DNA of 64,000 bases from Planctomycetota bacterium (lineage in GTDB: Bacteria > Planctomycetota > PLA2 > JAEUHO01), in contig CBDCWP010000013.1 of the NCBI GenBank assembly GCA_965223505.1, positions 64,001 through 128,000 on the forward strand, in the 5' to 3' direction. Made by a program: the position numbers and the translations under genes. The first letter of the stretch is position 1, and the number at the start of each line of letters is the position of its first letter. Positions 50,712-60,475 of this stretch are shown here, piece by piece. The notes under the pieces were generated by a model. That model searched no databases. It was not told the origin of the DNA and was given only the letters and a program-made list of their open reading frames with translations.

Positions 50712-52165
50712 ATGCATCGGCGCGTCCAGTTTGCTGACGACATCGAGCCTTTAGTGCAGTTTATCGAGGAAACCGATCCGAGCGACATCGTCGACCAGCC
50801 CTGGCCAAATTGCGCAGCGGCGTCGCGCCGCGCACCATGCTCACCGCCGCGGCCCTGGCCGTCACCCGCTCCTCGGACATCCCGCCCGGCCACCACGGCG
50901 GCCCCTTGCACCCGCTGGTGGGCATTCACGCCCTGCATCATCTGGTCGAGCGCCTCGACGGCGAAAATCGCTTCTTGCCCATTCTCCAACACACCGCCTT
51001 GTGCAATAAACACATCCACGATCTCGCCACGGGGCCGTACGTGATGTTGGACATCGAGCCCTATGACGCAGGCGGCGTCGAGGCGACGAAAGAGGCGTTT
51101 CTCAGGGCGGCGAGCCGTGGCGAGTCGCATAAGGCCGACCACTGCATTCTTGGGTTGTGGGATCAGATGCCGGCGATTGAAGTTCTCGATCTGCTGCTGT
51201 CGGTCGCCATTCCCAAAAACGTCCTGGACGATCACTACTTTGTCTTTCCGGGCTACACCTGGCGCGCCGTTGAAGTGCTGGGACGAGAGTACCTGCCGAT
51301 TTTGATGCGGCCGGTGGCGCGGTACACGGCGCGCTACCCCATCGCGCCTGGCGTTCCCGAGCTCGATGCGCTGATCGATGAGTACGACCTGATGAACCGT
51401 TCGTTGCGTCACCAGACCGGCGACGATGAGACCGAGACGATCGGTAGTGTGGGCCGCTTCATCTCTGAATGCACCACCTTTTCCGACATTCCGGTGGCGA
51501 TCGCCAAGGCCCTGGCTGACGGCCTGTCGATGCAGGGCGCCGGCGAGGCGTTGTCGATTGGGGCGGCGGGCCTGTTTACGCGCTCGCTCACTGGCAACCC
51601 GATGGACGTGCACTTGCACACGAGCGTCAACCTGCGCCGCTACTTGGTGGATTTGGACGGTTTGAGCCTGCGCAACAAGCTGCTGTGCCTGCTGATGTGG
51701 CACACCGGCCCGGAGGTGCGCTCCACGCAGCGGCGCCTGGAAGCCTCGTCGCAGCCCGATCTCGACGCCGCCGCAGCGCTGCCGTATCACACGCAAGATG
51801 AGCTGTTGGACCTCATGACGGAGAAGATCTACGAGCAGCCGCCGATCGACTGGGCTGGCGCGGCCAATCTCGGCCAAGTGCGAGCGGCCCCGGAAGTGAA
51901 GGCGGTGTTGCATCTGGCGCAGCAGTACGTCAACAACGGCTACGACGCCAATGCCTTCATCGGACGTCTGGCCGAGATCGTCTGCCACGACAACTTCACC
52001 GAGATGCACGCCTTCAAGCACCATCAAGCGGTGATCGAGGAATTCCACAACACGCGCGAGCCCTGGCGCTGGACCCATCTGGTAGCCGGCGCGCAGGCTT
52101 CGGCGATTTCGTTCGGTAAGAATATGGAAGTGTACGAAGAGGCGATTGAGTTGTTGCACGCCTAA
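50712..52165 (+). CDS. Conserved His-rich helical hypothetical protein (apparent -1 frameshift near 50799)
   Basis: MHRRVQFADDIEPLVQFIEETDPSDIVDQ continues into LAKLRSG... if one base is added at ~50799; strong coding bias to TAA 52165. Confidence 0.85.
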
Positions 52166-52172
52166 GCTGTAA

Positions 52173-52222
52173 CGCGCTGCGAGCCATGCTCTCGGGCGTG
52201 GCTCGCAGCGCGGTCTTTATTC
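52173..52222 (+). terminator. Intrinsic terminator-like hairpin
   Basis: CGCGCTGCGAGCCAYG...CGTGGCTCGCAGCGCG long stem followed by TCTTTATT. Confidence 0.7.
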
Positions 52223-52280
52223 CATTCTATAGAATTTGCTCGATATCCCTCAGCAGGTCGCTAGACACAGAAGAGATGCA

Positions 52281-52745
52281 ATGAGACGTCACTGTAAGAT
52301 GCTTCTGGCGATCTGCGTGGGGCATGCCATCACCGCCCTGGCCCAAACGCCAGCCAACCTAGTGACGTCACATCAAACGCGCGTCGCCGCAAGCGGTTAC
52401 ACGCAAATTGACTTTACCCTGCGCGACATTCCCGAGCAGGCCATGCTGTCGTTTGGCGTGCGCTTTGAGCATCGGTTCGTTTGAGCCCGCACCTACCGAC
52501 CGGCCCAGGTGCGGATCGGCGGCGAACGCGTGGTTGAGATTGAGCCCGATGTCTATACGGATTCCGCGCATCCCGAGCATTCCGGCGAATTGCGCTCGTA
52601 TCGAGTGCCGGTGCCGGCTCAGGCCCTAGCCCACTTCCGGCAGGGCAACAAGATGTGGGTGCGGTTTTATCCGGGCGGTTGCCAGTTCGGCCCGGATAAG
52701 ATTCTGGGCGTCGAGCACTTCGCCATTGCCGCCAGAGCCTCATAG
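52281..52745 (+). CDS. Secreted hypothetical protein with an in-frame TGA at 52482-52484 (recoded or pseudogene)
   Basis: Track ORFs 52236-52484 and 52509-52745 are in the same frame with no other stop; signal-peptide-like MRRHCKMLLAICVGHAITALA|QTP. Confidence 0.6.
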
Positions 52746-52823
52746 CTATTGGCCTCGTCTCTGCCAGCATAGCCATGTCGAGCAGTTCAACAACCCCAGG
52801 TTTCGGGCTCCCAAGGTGGGCGA

Positions 52824-53177
52824 TCAGCTCTCAAGCTGATCCCGTTTCGCTTCTAGCATTCTCAACACCGCGTCTCGAATCATCGGGCGCACGTGGTTGG
52901 CGAGACCGGGCAGCTCTCTACCTTCCTGCATGGCCGCAGCGATGTCTTCCAGCAATTCCGGCGTCGCCATCGAATACCACAGGCGATCAGGCATGACCAC
53001 CATGTTGGGGCCGACATCACAGGCGCCAAAACAAAGATACCGCTTGATCTGTAAGGTCTCGTCGTCGGCCAATAGCTGCCGCAATTGCTCCATGAGTTCA
53101 GGCGAGCCATTGCGGTGACAATTAATCCCCAAGCAAACCACGACATCGCGTTTCGCGTTCTCAGCTTCTTCACTCAT
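52824..53177 (-). CDS. Thioredoxin-like [2Fe-2S] ferredoxin
   Basis: VCLGINC...CFGACDVGPNMVVMPDRLWY (C-x4-C...C-x3-C). Confidence 0.88.
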   Translation of the reverse strand: MSEEAENAKRDVVVCLGINCHRNGSPELMEQLRQLLADDETLQIKRYLCFGACDVGPNMVVMPDRLWYSMATPELLEDIAAAMQEGRELPGLANHVRPMIRDAVLRMLEAKRDQLES

Positions 53178-53314
53178 ATTGGCGTCACTCTCTTCAGGCT
53201 TAAGGTTAGGTTAAAGACCCTTGCCAGCAGCGATCAAAAACGGCTATAGTTCGTGCGATATCGCATGCCAACCTCATACGTCAAGTATCATACCGAGGCG
53301 CTAACGGAACCATC

Positions 53315-54259
53315 ATGACCGAATTACCCAAACGAACGCTTGGCCGCACCGGGCTCGAAGTGACCACGCTAGGCTTCGGCGCCCTCGAACTGCGCGGCGT
53401 GGTCGCGGGCATTGGCCGGACTCTGGAGCCCGGAGAGCCCGAGCGCATCCTCAACGCCGTGCTCGACGCCGGCGTCAATTATATCGATGTCGCCGTGGAC
53501 TACGGCGAGGCCGAATCCCATATCGGCCGCTGCATCGCCTCGCGGCGGCGGGAATTCTTGCTGGCCACCAAGTGCGGCTGTCCGCTCGACGTCAGCCAGT
53601 TCGCCCCCGAGCAGCGCACCCGCTACGGCGTGCCCTTGCCCAGCCTGCACGACTACAGCCGTCAAAATATCATCGCCGCCTGCCACCAAAGCTTGCGGCG
53701 CATGCGCACCGATTACCTGGACGTGCTCCAGTTTCATTTTAGCCCGGCCAGGTCGATGTTAGAGCAAGAGGACGCCATCGCCACCCTCGACGATCTCAAG
53801 CAGCAGGGCAAAATCCGCTTTCTAGGGTGCTCCTCGATGCTGCCCCATCTCACCGATCACATTGCGATGGGGGTCTTTGATGTATTTCAAATTCCCTACT
53901 CCGCGTTGCAACTCGACCACGAGGACGCCATCGCCGCGGCGGCGCAAGCTGGCGCGGGCATTGTCATTCGCGGCGGCGTGGCGCGCGGCGAACCCGGCCA
54001 GGGGCACGGGCTTGTTGACGTCTGGACGCCCTGGCGGCGGGCAAACATGGACGAGCTGCTCGACGGCATGTCGGCCACGACGTTCATGCTGCGCTTCACC
54101 CTGACGAATCCCCATACCCACACCACGATTGTCGGCACCCTGAACCCATCGCACCTGCGCGACAATGTGGCCGCGGCCTTGCAAGGCCCGCTGCCGACCG
54201 AGGTGTACCGTGAAGCCAAACGCCGCCTAACAGCGGCCCGAGATCTGCCCGAGTCTTGA
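53315..54259 (+). CDS. Aldo/keto reductase
   Basis: RTLGRTGLEV, YIDVAVDYG, ATKCG, SLRRMRTDYLDVLQFH, GKIRFLG. Confidence 0.92.
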   Translation: MTELPKRTLGRTGLEVTTLGFGALELRGVVAGIGRTLEPGEPERILNAVLDAGVNYIDVAVDYGEAESHIGRCIASRRREFLLATKCGCPLDVSQFAPEQRTRYGVPLPSLHDYSRQNIIAACHQSLRRMRTDYLDVLQFHFSPARSMLEQEDAIATLDDLKQQGKIRFLGCSSMLPHLTDHIAMGVFDVFQIPYSALQLDHEDAIAAAAQAGAGIVIRGGVARGEPGQGHGLVDVWTPWRRANMDELLDGMSATTFMLRFTLTNPHTHTTIVGTLNPSHLRDNVAAALQGPLPTEVYREAKRRLTAARDLPES

Positions 54260-54264
54260 ACAAA

Positions 54265-55612
54265 TTAAGCTTTCCAAACGCCGATCTCGGGCCGGGACAG
54301 GCCCAAGTTTTCGCGCAGGGTCGCGCCTTGATAATCCTGGTGATACAGCCCGCGCTTTTGTAATTCCGGCACGACGTACTCGACAAAGTCCGCGTAACCG
54401 CCGGGAATATGGCTAGCCGCCACCACGAACCCATCACAGACGCGTTCGGCAAAGAGTTCTTCCAGGCCATCGGCGACTTCTTTCGGGCCGCCCACAATGG
54501 CGCCTTCCGGGCGGCCGCGCTTGCTGTGACGCAGAAAATCGCGCAGCGACGGGTTGGCTTTGCCGCTATCTCGCACCACCTGATCCCGCAAGCCTTGAAA
54601 GCCCGAAATCCCATCGATTTCCTCGCTCGTCATGGGGGCGTCCAGTTCTTTCGTGGCGAAATCGAAATTCAGGCCCTCGGCGAGCAACGACAGTTCGTCC
54701 ACTTCGAGCGTCAAGCTCTCCAACAGGGCCATTTTGTCCTCGGCCTCGCTTTTGGTTTCTGCGGCGACAGTCAACACGGGCACGCAAATCGTCATCTGGT
54801 CGGGATCACGCCCGGCCGCGGCGGTTTTCGCCCTTAGCTCGGCGTAGCTGGCTTTGCCCACCGCGATATTCGAGGCCGTGGAAAAGATAAGTTCGCCCCA
54901 CCGCGCCGCAAAGTCGCGCCCGCGCCCGCTTTGGCCCGCCTGGATGATCACCGGATGCCCCTGCTCCGATCGCGGCACAGTAAACGGCCCGCGGGAGCGG
55001 AAAAATGACCCCGGCATGATCAAGCCGGTGAACTTTGGCGGCGTCGGCGAAGCGCTTCGACGCCTTGTCCACCAGCAGCGCCCCGTCTTCCCAGGTATCC
55101 CAGTGCCCCAGCACCACTTCCATAAACTCATCCGCCCGTTCGTAGCGCAGATCGTGGTCCATGGCGCTATCGCGCCCCATATTCATGGCTTCGCCGTCAT
55201 TGACCGAGGTCACCACGTTCCAGGCCGCCCGGCCCTTGGTCATCAGATCAACCGTGGCGAACATGCGCGCGATGTGAAAGGGCTCGTAGTAAGTGGTCGA
55301 ACAAGTGGCCCCGAGCCCGAGGCGTTCCGTCGCCGCCGCCATCATCATCAGCACCGGCAAGGGGTCCATTTTGACGCAGCGAATGCCGTTTTCGACGGTG
55401 TGGGTGTGATCGCCGCCGTAGCGATCCGGCATCGCCAGGCGGTCGTCAAAGAAGGCGACTTGAAATTTGCCCGCCTCCAAGACCCTGGCGATTTCTTGGT
55501 AGTACTCGGGGCTGGTGGCGTCGACGCGCGCCTCGGGATGGCGCCATGAAAAGGGATAGTTGGTGCAGTTTTGAGCCTGTAAAAAGCCCACCATCACCAT
55601 TTGACGTGTCAT
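54265..55612 (-). CDS. NtaA/DmoA-family FMN-dependent monooxygenase (apparent +1 frameshift at ~55010)
   Basis: MTRQMVMVGF..SWRHP, STTYYEPF, GRAAWNVVTS, QAGQSGRG, VVPELQKRG, TLRENLGL; removing one G from run 55009-55012 joins the two track ORFs. Confidence 0.9.
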
Positions 55613-55756
55613 GTCATCACACCTCGGCTGACGGACGCGTGGCTCGGCGAACGCGTCCGTGGCAATCATCACTGTCGGAATGCGCTGGCGCTCGATATGC
55701 TCTAGCTCGCAGCCGCCATTTTAGAGCCTGCCAACTGGCGCCGCAACCCGAAAAGC

Positions 55757-57346
55757 CTATTGTCCCGATGACTGCCGCTCCCCGAGGCGGCGCCGGGTCA
55801 GAAACAGCATGGGCAGCATGGCCAATAGAAAAAAGAAGCCAAAAGTGAAAAAGCTGTCGCGAAAGCCCGCCGCCACGGCTTCCGTGTCCATTTGGCTCCG
55901 GATGGCGCGCGAGGTCAGCGGGCCGATATCCGCCTCGCCAATCCCCGCCTGCCGCAAGGATAGCTCGACTTCCCGCACGGTTTCAGCGTGCTCGGGCGAC
56001 GTCTCGTGATAGGCGCTGTAGGCGAGCATTTGGTGATGCGTCTGGCGGCGCACAAAAATGACGCTGGAGATGGTCACGCCCAGAGACGCGCCAATATTGC
56101 GGACCATGCCGAGCAGACCCTGCCCCATGCGCACCTGATCAGCTTGATGAATGCGGACGTTGAGCGCCGTGATCGGCGTGTTAATGGAAAACAAACACAT
56201 GCGGTAGAGCACAATGTAGCCCACCAAGACGCTCGTGGCGGTCAGCGCCGACACGGTGGCGAACAGGTTAAAGACGATCACCAGCAGGGTAAAGCCGATG
56301 AGAATCAGCGTCCGCGGGCTGAAGGTGTCGCTCAAGCGGCCGGATAGCGTGCCGCCAAAGGCCGATAGAATCAGCGCGGGGACGATCACCAAGCCGGCTT
56401 GAAACGGACTGAGTCCCATGACTTGCTGTAAAAAAATAGGGATCATAAATTGCGCCCCGAACAAGCCCATGGTGTTAAAAAAGGCCGAAGTCAATAGCAA
56501 TCTAAAGGCGGGAATGCGAAACAAGTGCAGATTCACCGCCGGATGACGCGCGTATAACTCTCGCAAGATAAATAGAGCAGCTCCAGAAAAGGCGAGCAGT
56601 CCCAGGAACACTAGGGACAGGGTTTCCGTGTCGTCTCGCCGCGCAAAGCTAATCGCCAACAACAGTGGGGCCAGGAATAGCCCGAGAGCAGAGAGGCCGG
56701 CATAGTCAATCGGCACGCCTCGATATTCTCGCTGTTGCGGCAGGAGCAGGAAGCCCAGGACCGCGGCGACAAGCCCCGACGGCATGCCAATAAAGAAAAT
56801 CATGCGCCAGGAGTAGTGCTCAATCAAATATCCGCCTAGAACCAATGAGACGATCTGGCCCGTCGACCAGCCGATGGTGCGCAGGCCAATCGCCATACCG
56901 CGTTGATGGGCAGGAAACGTGCTCACCATGATGATGGCGCTCAGCCCCTCCATCGGCCCCATGACCAAGCCCTGCAAGAGCCGAAACACGATCAGCATGG
57001 GCAAATTCACCGCCAGGCCGCAGCCAATCGACGTCAGCACAAAGCCCAGCATAATCCCGACGAAGAGGTTGCGATAGCCCAGAAAGCCGCCCAGCCAGCC
57101 GAGGATGGGGACCATCAGGGTGCGCGTGATGAGGTAGCTGGTGAAGATCCACTGTGCTGTGGCTAAATCAGAGCCGAAGGCCGTCATGATGCGAGGCAGC
57201 GCTAGCGTCACGCTGCTGCCGCCGCCAAAGGTTTGCGTGGCCCCGGCGACGAGAACGGTCCCGGCGACGAACCATTTGTAGTGGGGGGCGGCGGGATCGA
57301 TGCGCAAAATAGGGAGAGGCGTTGTCGTTGGAGTGGTTTGCGCCAT
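55757..57346 (-). CDS. DHA2-family MFS efflux transporter (paralog of 20909-22495)
   Basis: YKWFVAG, PILGWLGGFLG, GPMEGLSA, MIPIFLQQVMG, RMGQGL shared with the earlier copy. Confidence 0.92.
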   Translation of the reverse strand: MAQTTPTTTPLPILRIDPAAPHYKWFVAGTVLVAGATQTFGGGSSVTLALPRIMTAFGSDLATAQWIFTSYLITRTLMVPILGWLGGFLGYRNLFVGIMLGFVLTSIGCGLAVNLPMLIVFRLLQGLVMGPMEGLSAIIMVSTFPAHQRGMAIGLRTIGWSTGQIVSLVLGGYLIEHYSWRMIFFIGMPSGLVAAVLGFLLLPQQREYRGVPIDYAGLSALGLFLAPLLLAISFARRDDTETLSLVFLGLLAFSGAALFILRELYARHPAVNLHLFRIPAFRLLLTSAFFNTMGLFGAQFMIPIFLQQVMGLSPFQAGLVIVPALILSAFGGTLSGRLSDTFSPRTLILIGFTLLVIVFNLFATVSALTATSVLVGYIVLYRMCLFSINTPITALNVRIHQADQVRMGQGLLGMVRNIGASLGVTISSVIFVRRQTHHQMLAYSAYHETSPEHAETVREVELSLRQAGIGEADIGPLTSRAIRSQMDTEAVAAGFRDSFFTFGFFFLLAMLPMLFLTRRRLGERQSSGQ

Positions 57347-57431
57347 ATTTGTGTGTACACCTTACTGCGATGTCATAGCTGCGAACTCGGACTTGTTCTA
57401 GCATGGCCGCGCTGATCACTGATGTCAAGGA

Positions 57432-59057
57432 TTAGGCGCGCGGCCGGTCGCTCTGCTGCGGCGTCAACACGTCTTCAACCACCTGCTCTCGCGCCGCTGG
57501 CGCTCGGCGTCGGAGCCATTGCCACCAGCGGCCATTGACGAGGAGGGCGGGCGTAATGGCGAGCAGGGCAAGCGCGCCATTAAACAGGAGATATTCGCGC
57601 CAGGCCGCCGTGCTCGCCTCCGTGTGCAGCACGCGCCCCATGAGCGCCATACTCAGGTTGGGAACTTGCCAGGCGAGTTCGCCCATCCACTGCAGCGTGT
57701 GTTGAAAGTGCGTCAGCGTGGAGGTATACGCCGACGAATCATGCGGGCTGCTCTCCGCGATGCGTTGCAAATAGTGGCCATAATTTTGGTCCCAGAGGAC
57801 CACGGACAGGGCCGTACTCAGGGCGTTCGCCACACTGCGAAACAAGCCGATGAGCCCTGACGCCATCATCACCTGCTGTTCCGACAAGGCGCGCAAGGCA
57901 GTCAGGTTATTGGGCGAGGTAATCAATGCCTCGGCGATAAAACGGCCACATAAAAAGGCATTGACCGTCCAGGCCGTCGTCCACACCGTGACGCCGGAAA
58001 AACCAAAGAAACTCGCCGCGTAGAGCAGCAAACCAGCAACGACCAGGAACTGCGGGGTAATCCGGTCCGAGAGGCGGCCGGTGGCGAGCACCGCAAGGCC
58101 GTACAGAATCTGGGAAGGCGCCATCGTCCAGGCCACATTGAGGGGCTCAAAGCCAAGCAAACCCTGCATGAGCACGGGCATCATCGGTTCGGTGCTGCGG
58201 AAGGTCATCGTCGTTAAGCAGACGACAATGGTCGCCATGAGAAATGGCGGCGTGGCGAGCAAGCGCAGCTCCACCAACGGTTCGGGATGCCGCAATTCGA
58301 TAATCACAAACAAAACCGCAGCCACAGCGGAAATAGCGAACAAGACCACAATACTCTGCGATTCCCAGCCGTAGCGGCGGCCCTGACTCAGCGCGATGAT
58401 AAAAGTCGTGACGGCAAGACTGACGGTGAGCAGCCCATAGTGATCGAGCCGCCGCCGCTCGGGCCGATGCAGCGCCGGCAGCAGCCACCAGGCCAGCAAG
58501 ACGCCAAGGCCGCTGAAGGGGACCATGACCACGTAGACGATGCGCCACGAGGCGAATTCAAGTAGATAGCCGCCCATGATCGGCCCAATCGCCGGGCCGA
58601 TGGACCAACCCATCAACGACAGTCCCAGGGCCATGCCGCGCTGGTTGGGCGGGAAAATCTGGTAGAAGATCGCCATGGAAAGCGGATTGATCAAGCCGCC
58701 GCTGGCGCCGGTGATAATCCGAAAAAACAGCAGTGACGACCAGTCCCAAGCCAGCGCGCTGCCCAGGACGCCAATGGTAAAGAGCGCTTGGCTGACCAGA
58801 TATAGCGCGCGGGGTCCAAAACGCCCGCTAAGCCAGCCGAGGGCCGGAATCGTCACGGTGCGGGCAATGCTAAATGCCGTGATCACCCAGTGAATGTAGA
58901 AAAATTCGACCCGCAGGCTGGTCATCATCTTGGGCAGAATCAGATTGGTGGTTGACGACGTAATGGCGAACACCACCAGGCCAATACCGACTAACCCCGT
59001 GGTCAGCCAGCGATCTCGCGGACTGAGATAGGTCGATTCCGATGCCGAGCTTTGCAT
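57432..59057 (-). CDS. DHA2-family MFS efflux transporter
   Basis: GWLSGRFGPR, FPPNQRGMALG, GPAIGPIMGG, EPLVELRL. Confidence 0.92.
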   Translation of the reverse strand: MQSSASESTYLSPRDRWLTTGLVGIGLVVFAITSSTTNLILPKMMTSLRVEFFYIHWVITAFSIARTVTIPALGWLSGRFGPRALYLVSQALFTIGVLGSALAWDWSSLLFFRIITGASGGLINPLSMAIFYQIFPPNQRGMALGLSLMGWSIGPAIGPIMGGYLLEFASWRIVYVVMVPFSGLGVLLAWWLLPALHRPERRRLDHYGLLTVSLAVTTFIIALSQGRRYGWESQSIVVLFAISAVAAVLFVIIELRHPEPLVELRLLATPPFLMATIVVCLTTMTFRSTEPMMPVLMQGLLGFEPLNVAWTMAPSQILYGLAVLATGRLSDRITPQFLVVAGLLLYAASFFGFSGVTVWTTAWTVNAFLCGRFIAEALITSPNNLTALRALSEQQVMMASGLIGLFRSVANALSTALSVVLWDQNYGHYLQRIAESSPHDSSAYTSTLTHFQHTLQWMGELAWQVPNLSMALMGRVLHTEASTAAWREYLLFNGALALLAITPALLVNGRWWQWLRRRAPAAREQVVEDVLTPQQSDRPRA

Positions 59058-59149
59058 GCCAAGCTAAATCCTGTCGCTCAATTTATCGAAAGCTAAAAAC
59101 CTCCGATTTGGTTCTTAACCGAACTCGCCAGTCCCCTCACATGCGCAGC

Positions 59150-60361
59150 TCAGCCGGCGATTTGATAGGCGAAGCGCTTAAACTCGTGGCTAAATGGATG
59201 CCAGAACCCCGGCATCCGCTGTGTCATACACATGCCGGTGAGATTCGCCCGGGGCGCCATCCAGGAATGGGTCCCAGCCACGCCGCCCCAGTGATATTCG
59301 TCCTGCATCGCTGCTGGCTCGTTCGCGTCTAGGCTTTGCTTGAGCGCAAACCCCAGGCCGAAGACCGTCCCCGGCATGGCCCATGTGGGAAAATGGACCC
59401 CGACACCCGACGCTAACTGATTCTCACGCATCAGCCTCAGGGTCTGTGGTTGCAGGAGGCGCACGTTGTTCCAACTGCCGCCGGCAACGATCATGCGAAT
59501 GAAGTTCAGATAATCGCTAACTGTGGAGACCAGACCACCGCCGCCCGAGAGCAGTTTGCGTGGTTGGGTGTATTGACCTGTCTGTGGGTCGTCGGCCTTG
59601 ACCAACCCGCCTTTCATGGGATCCAACAGGTCGACTGGCGCGTACATGGTGACCAAGCGGCGGCGCTTTTCCGGCGGCGCCCAAAAGTCGGTGTCCACCA
59701 TCCCTAGGGGCTCGAAAATGCGTCGTTTCAAAAACACATCAAAGGGGTCGCCGGATAGCGCCTCGACCAACCGCGCACTCACGTCAGTCGCGAAACTATA
59801 GCGCCACGAGGTTCCAGGATGATAGGCTAGGGGCAGGTCGCCAAGGGCGTCGCAAAGTTCTTCCAGGGTGATCGAAAAGTTGTTGAGGATATCGATGCCG
59901 CGGCTGGCGTACGCCTGATCGATCAGGGAGTCCGGCTCGATAAAACCGTAGGAGAGGCCGGCGCTGTGACTCAATAAGTGCCGGACGCGGATAGGCTCTC
60001 GGGCCGCCTCGGTGTCGCTTAAGGTCTGCGCGCCCGGCTTCAGCACCTGCATGTCCGCAAAGGCTGGGATGTAGGGCGAGACGGGGTCGTCCAGCGAGAA
60101 GGCATCCTGTTCATAGAGCATCATGAGGGCGACGGAGGTGACCAGCTTCGTGTTGGAGTACATCCTATAAATGGCGTCGTCGCGGAGCGGCTCGCGCGAT
60201 TCCAGGTCCATGTAGCCGAAGGTGGCGAAGTCGAGCACGTCGACGCCCCGCATGATGAGCGTATTGGCGCAGGACAAAATATTTTGATCCACATACCACT
60301 GCATGCGCTGATGCAGGGCGGAAAAATTCAGATCGCTAGGTACGGTGGTGATGGCGGTAAT
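59150..60361 (-). CDS. Serine hydrolase, beta-lactamase/esterase family (start uncertain: ATT 60361 or ATG 60304)
   Basis: YSNTK (SxxK), LLSHSAG, PGTSWRYS, SGGGGL, WGG. Confidence 0.9.
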   Translation of the reverse strand: MTAITTVPSDLNFSALHQRMQWYVDQNILSCANTLIMRGVDVLDFATFGYMDLESREPLRDDAIYRMYSNTKLVTSVALMMLYEQDAFSLDDPVSPYIPAFADMQVLKPGAQTLSDTEAAREPIRVRHLLSHSAGLSYGFIEPDSLIDQAYASRGIDILNNFSITLEELCDALGDLPLAYHPGTSWRYSFATDVSARLVEALSGDPFDVFLKRRIFEPLGMVDTDFWAPPEKRRRLVTMYAPVDLLDPMKGGLVKADDPQTGQYTQPRKLLSGGGGLVSTVSDYLNFIRMIVAGGSWNNVRLLQPQTLRLMRENQLASGVGVHFPTWAMPGTVFGLGFALKQSLDANEPAAMQDEYHWGGVAGTHSWMAPRANLTGMCMTQRMPGFWHPFSHEFKRFAYQIAG

Positions 60362-60475
60362 GACAACTCTCCTTCCGATTGTTGGCTAGAGTGCGGCCAA
60401 GGCTCCCTCGATAATCCCTCGCGCCGCTCCCGCCGCCGAGGCCCTTTATTCGCCAAGCGCGCCGCCCGTCCTCGA

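Noticed and set aside
55631..55660. Perfect 10-bp stem ACGGACGCGT/ACGCGTCCGT upstream of the NtaA-like gene as a riboswitch
   Set aside because: No recognisable aptamer motif or U-tract; probably a simple stabilising or terminating hairpin
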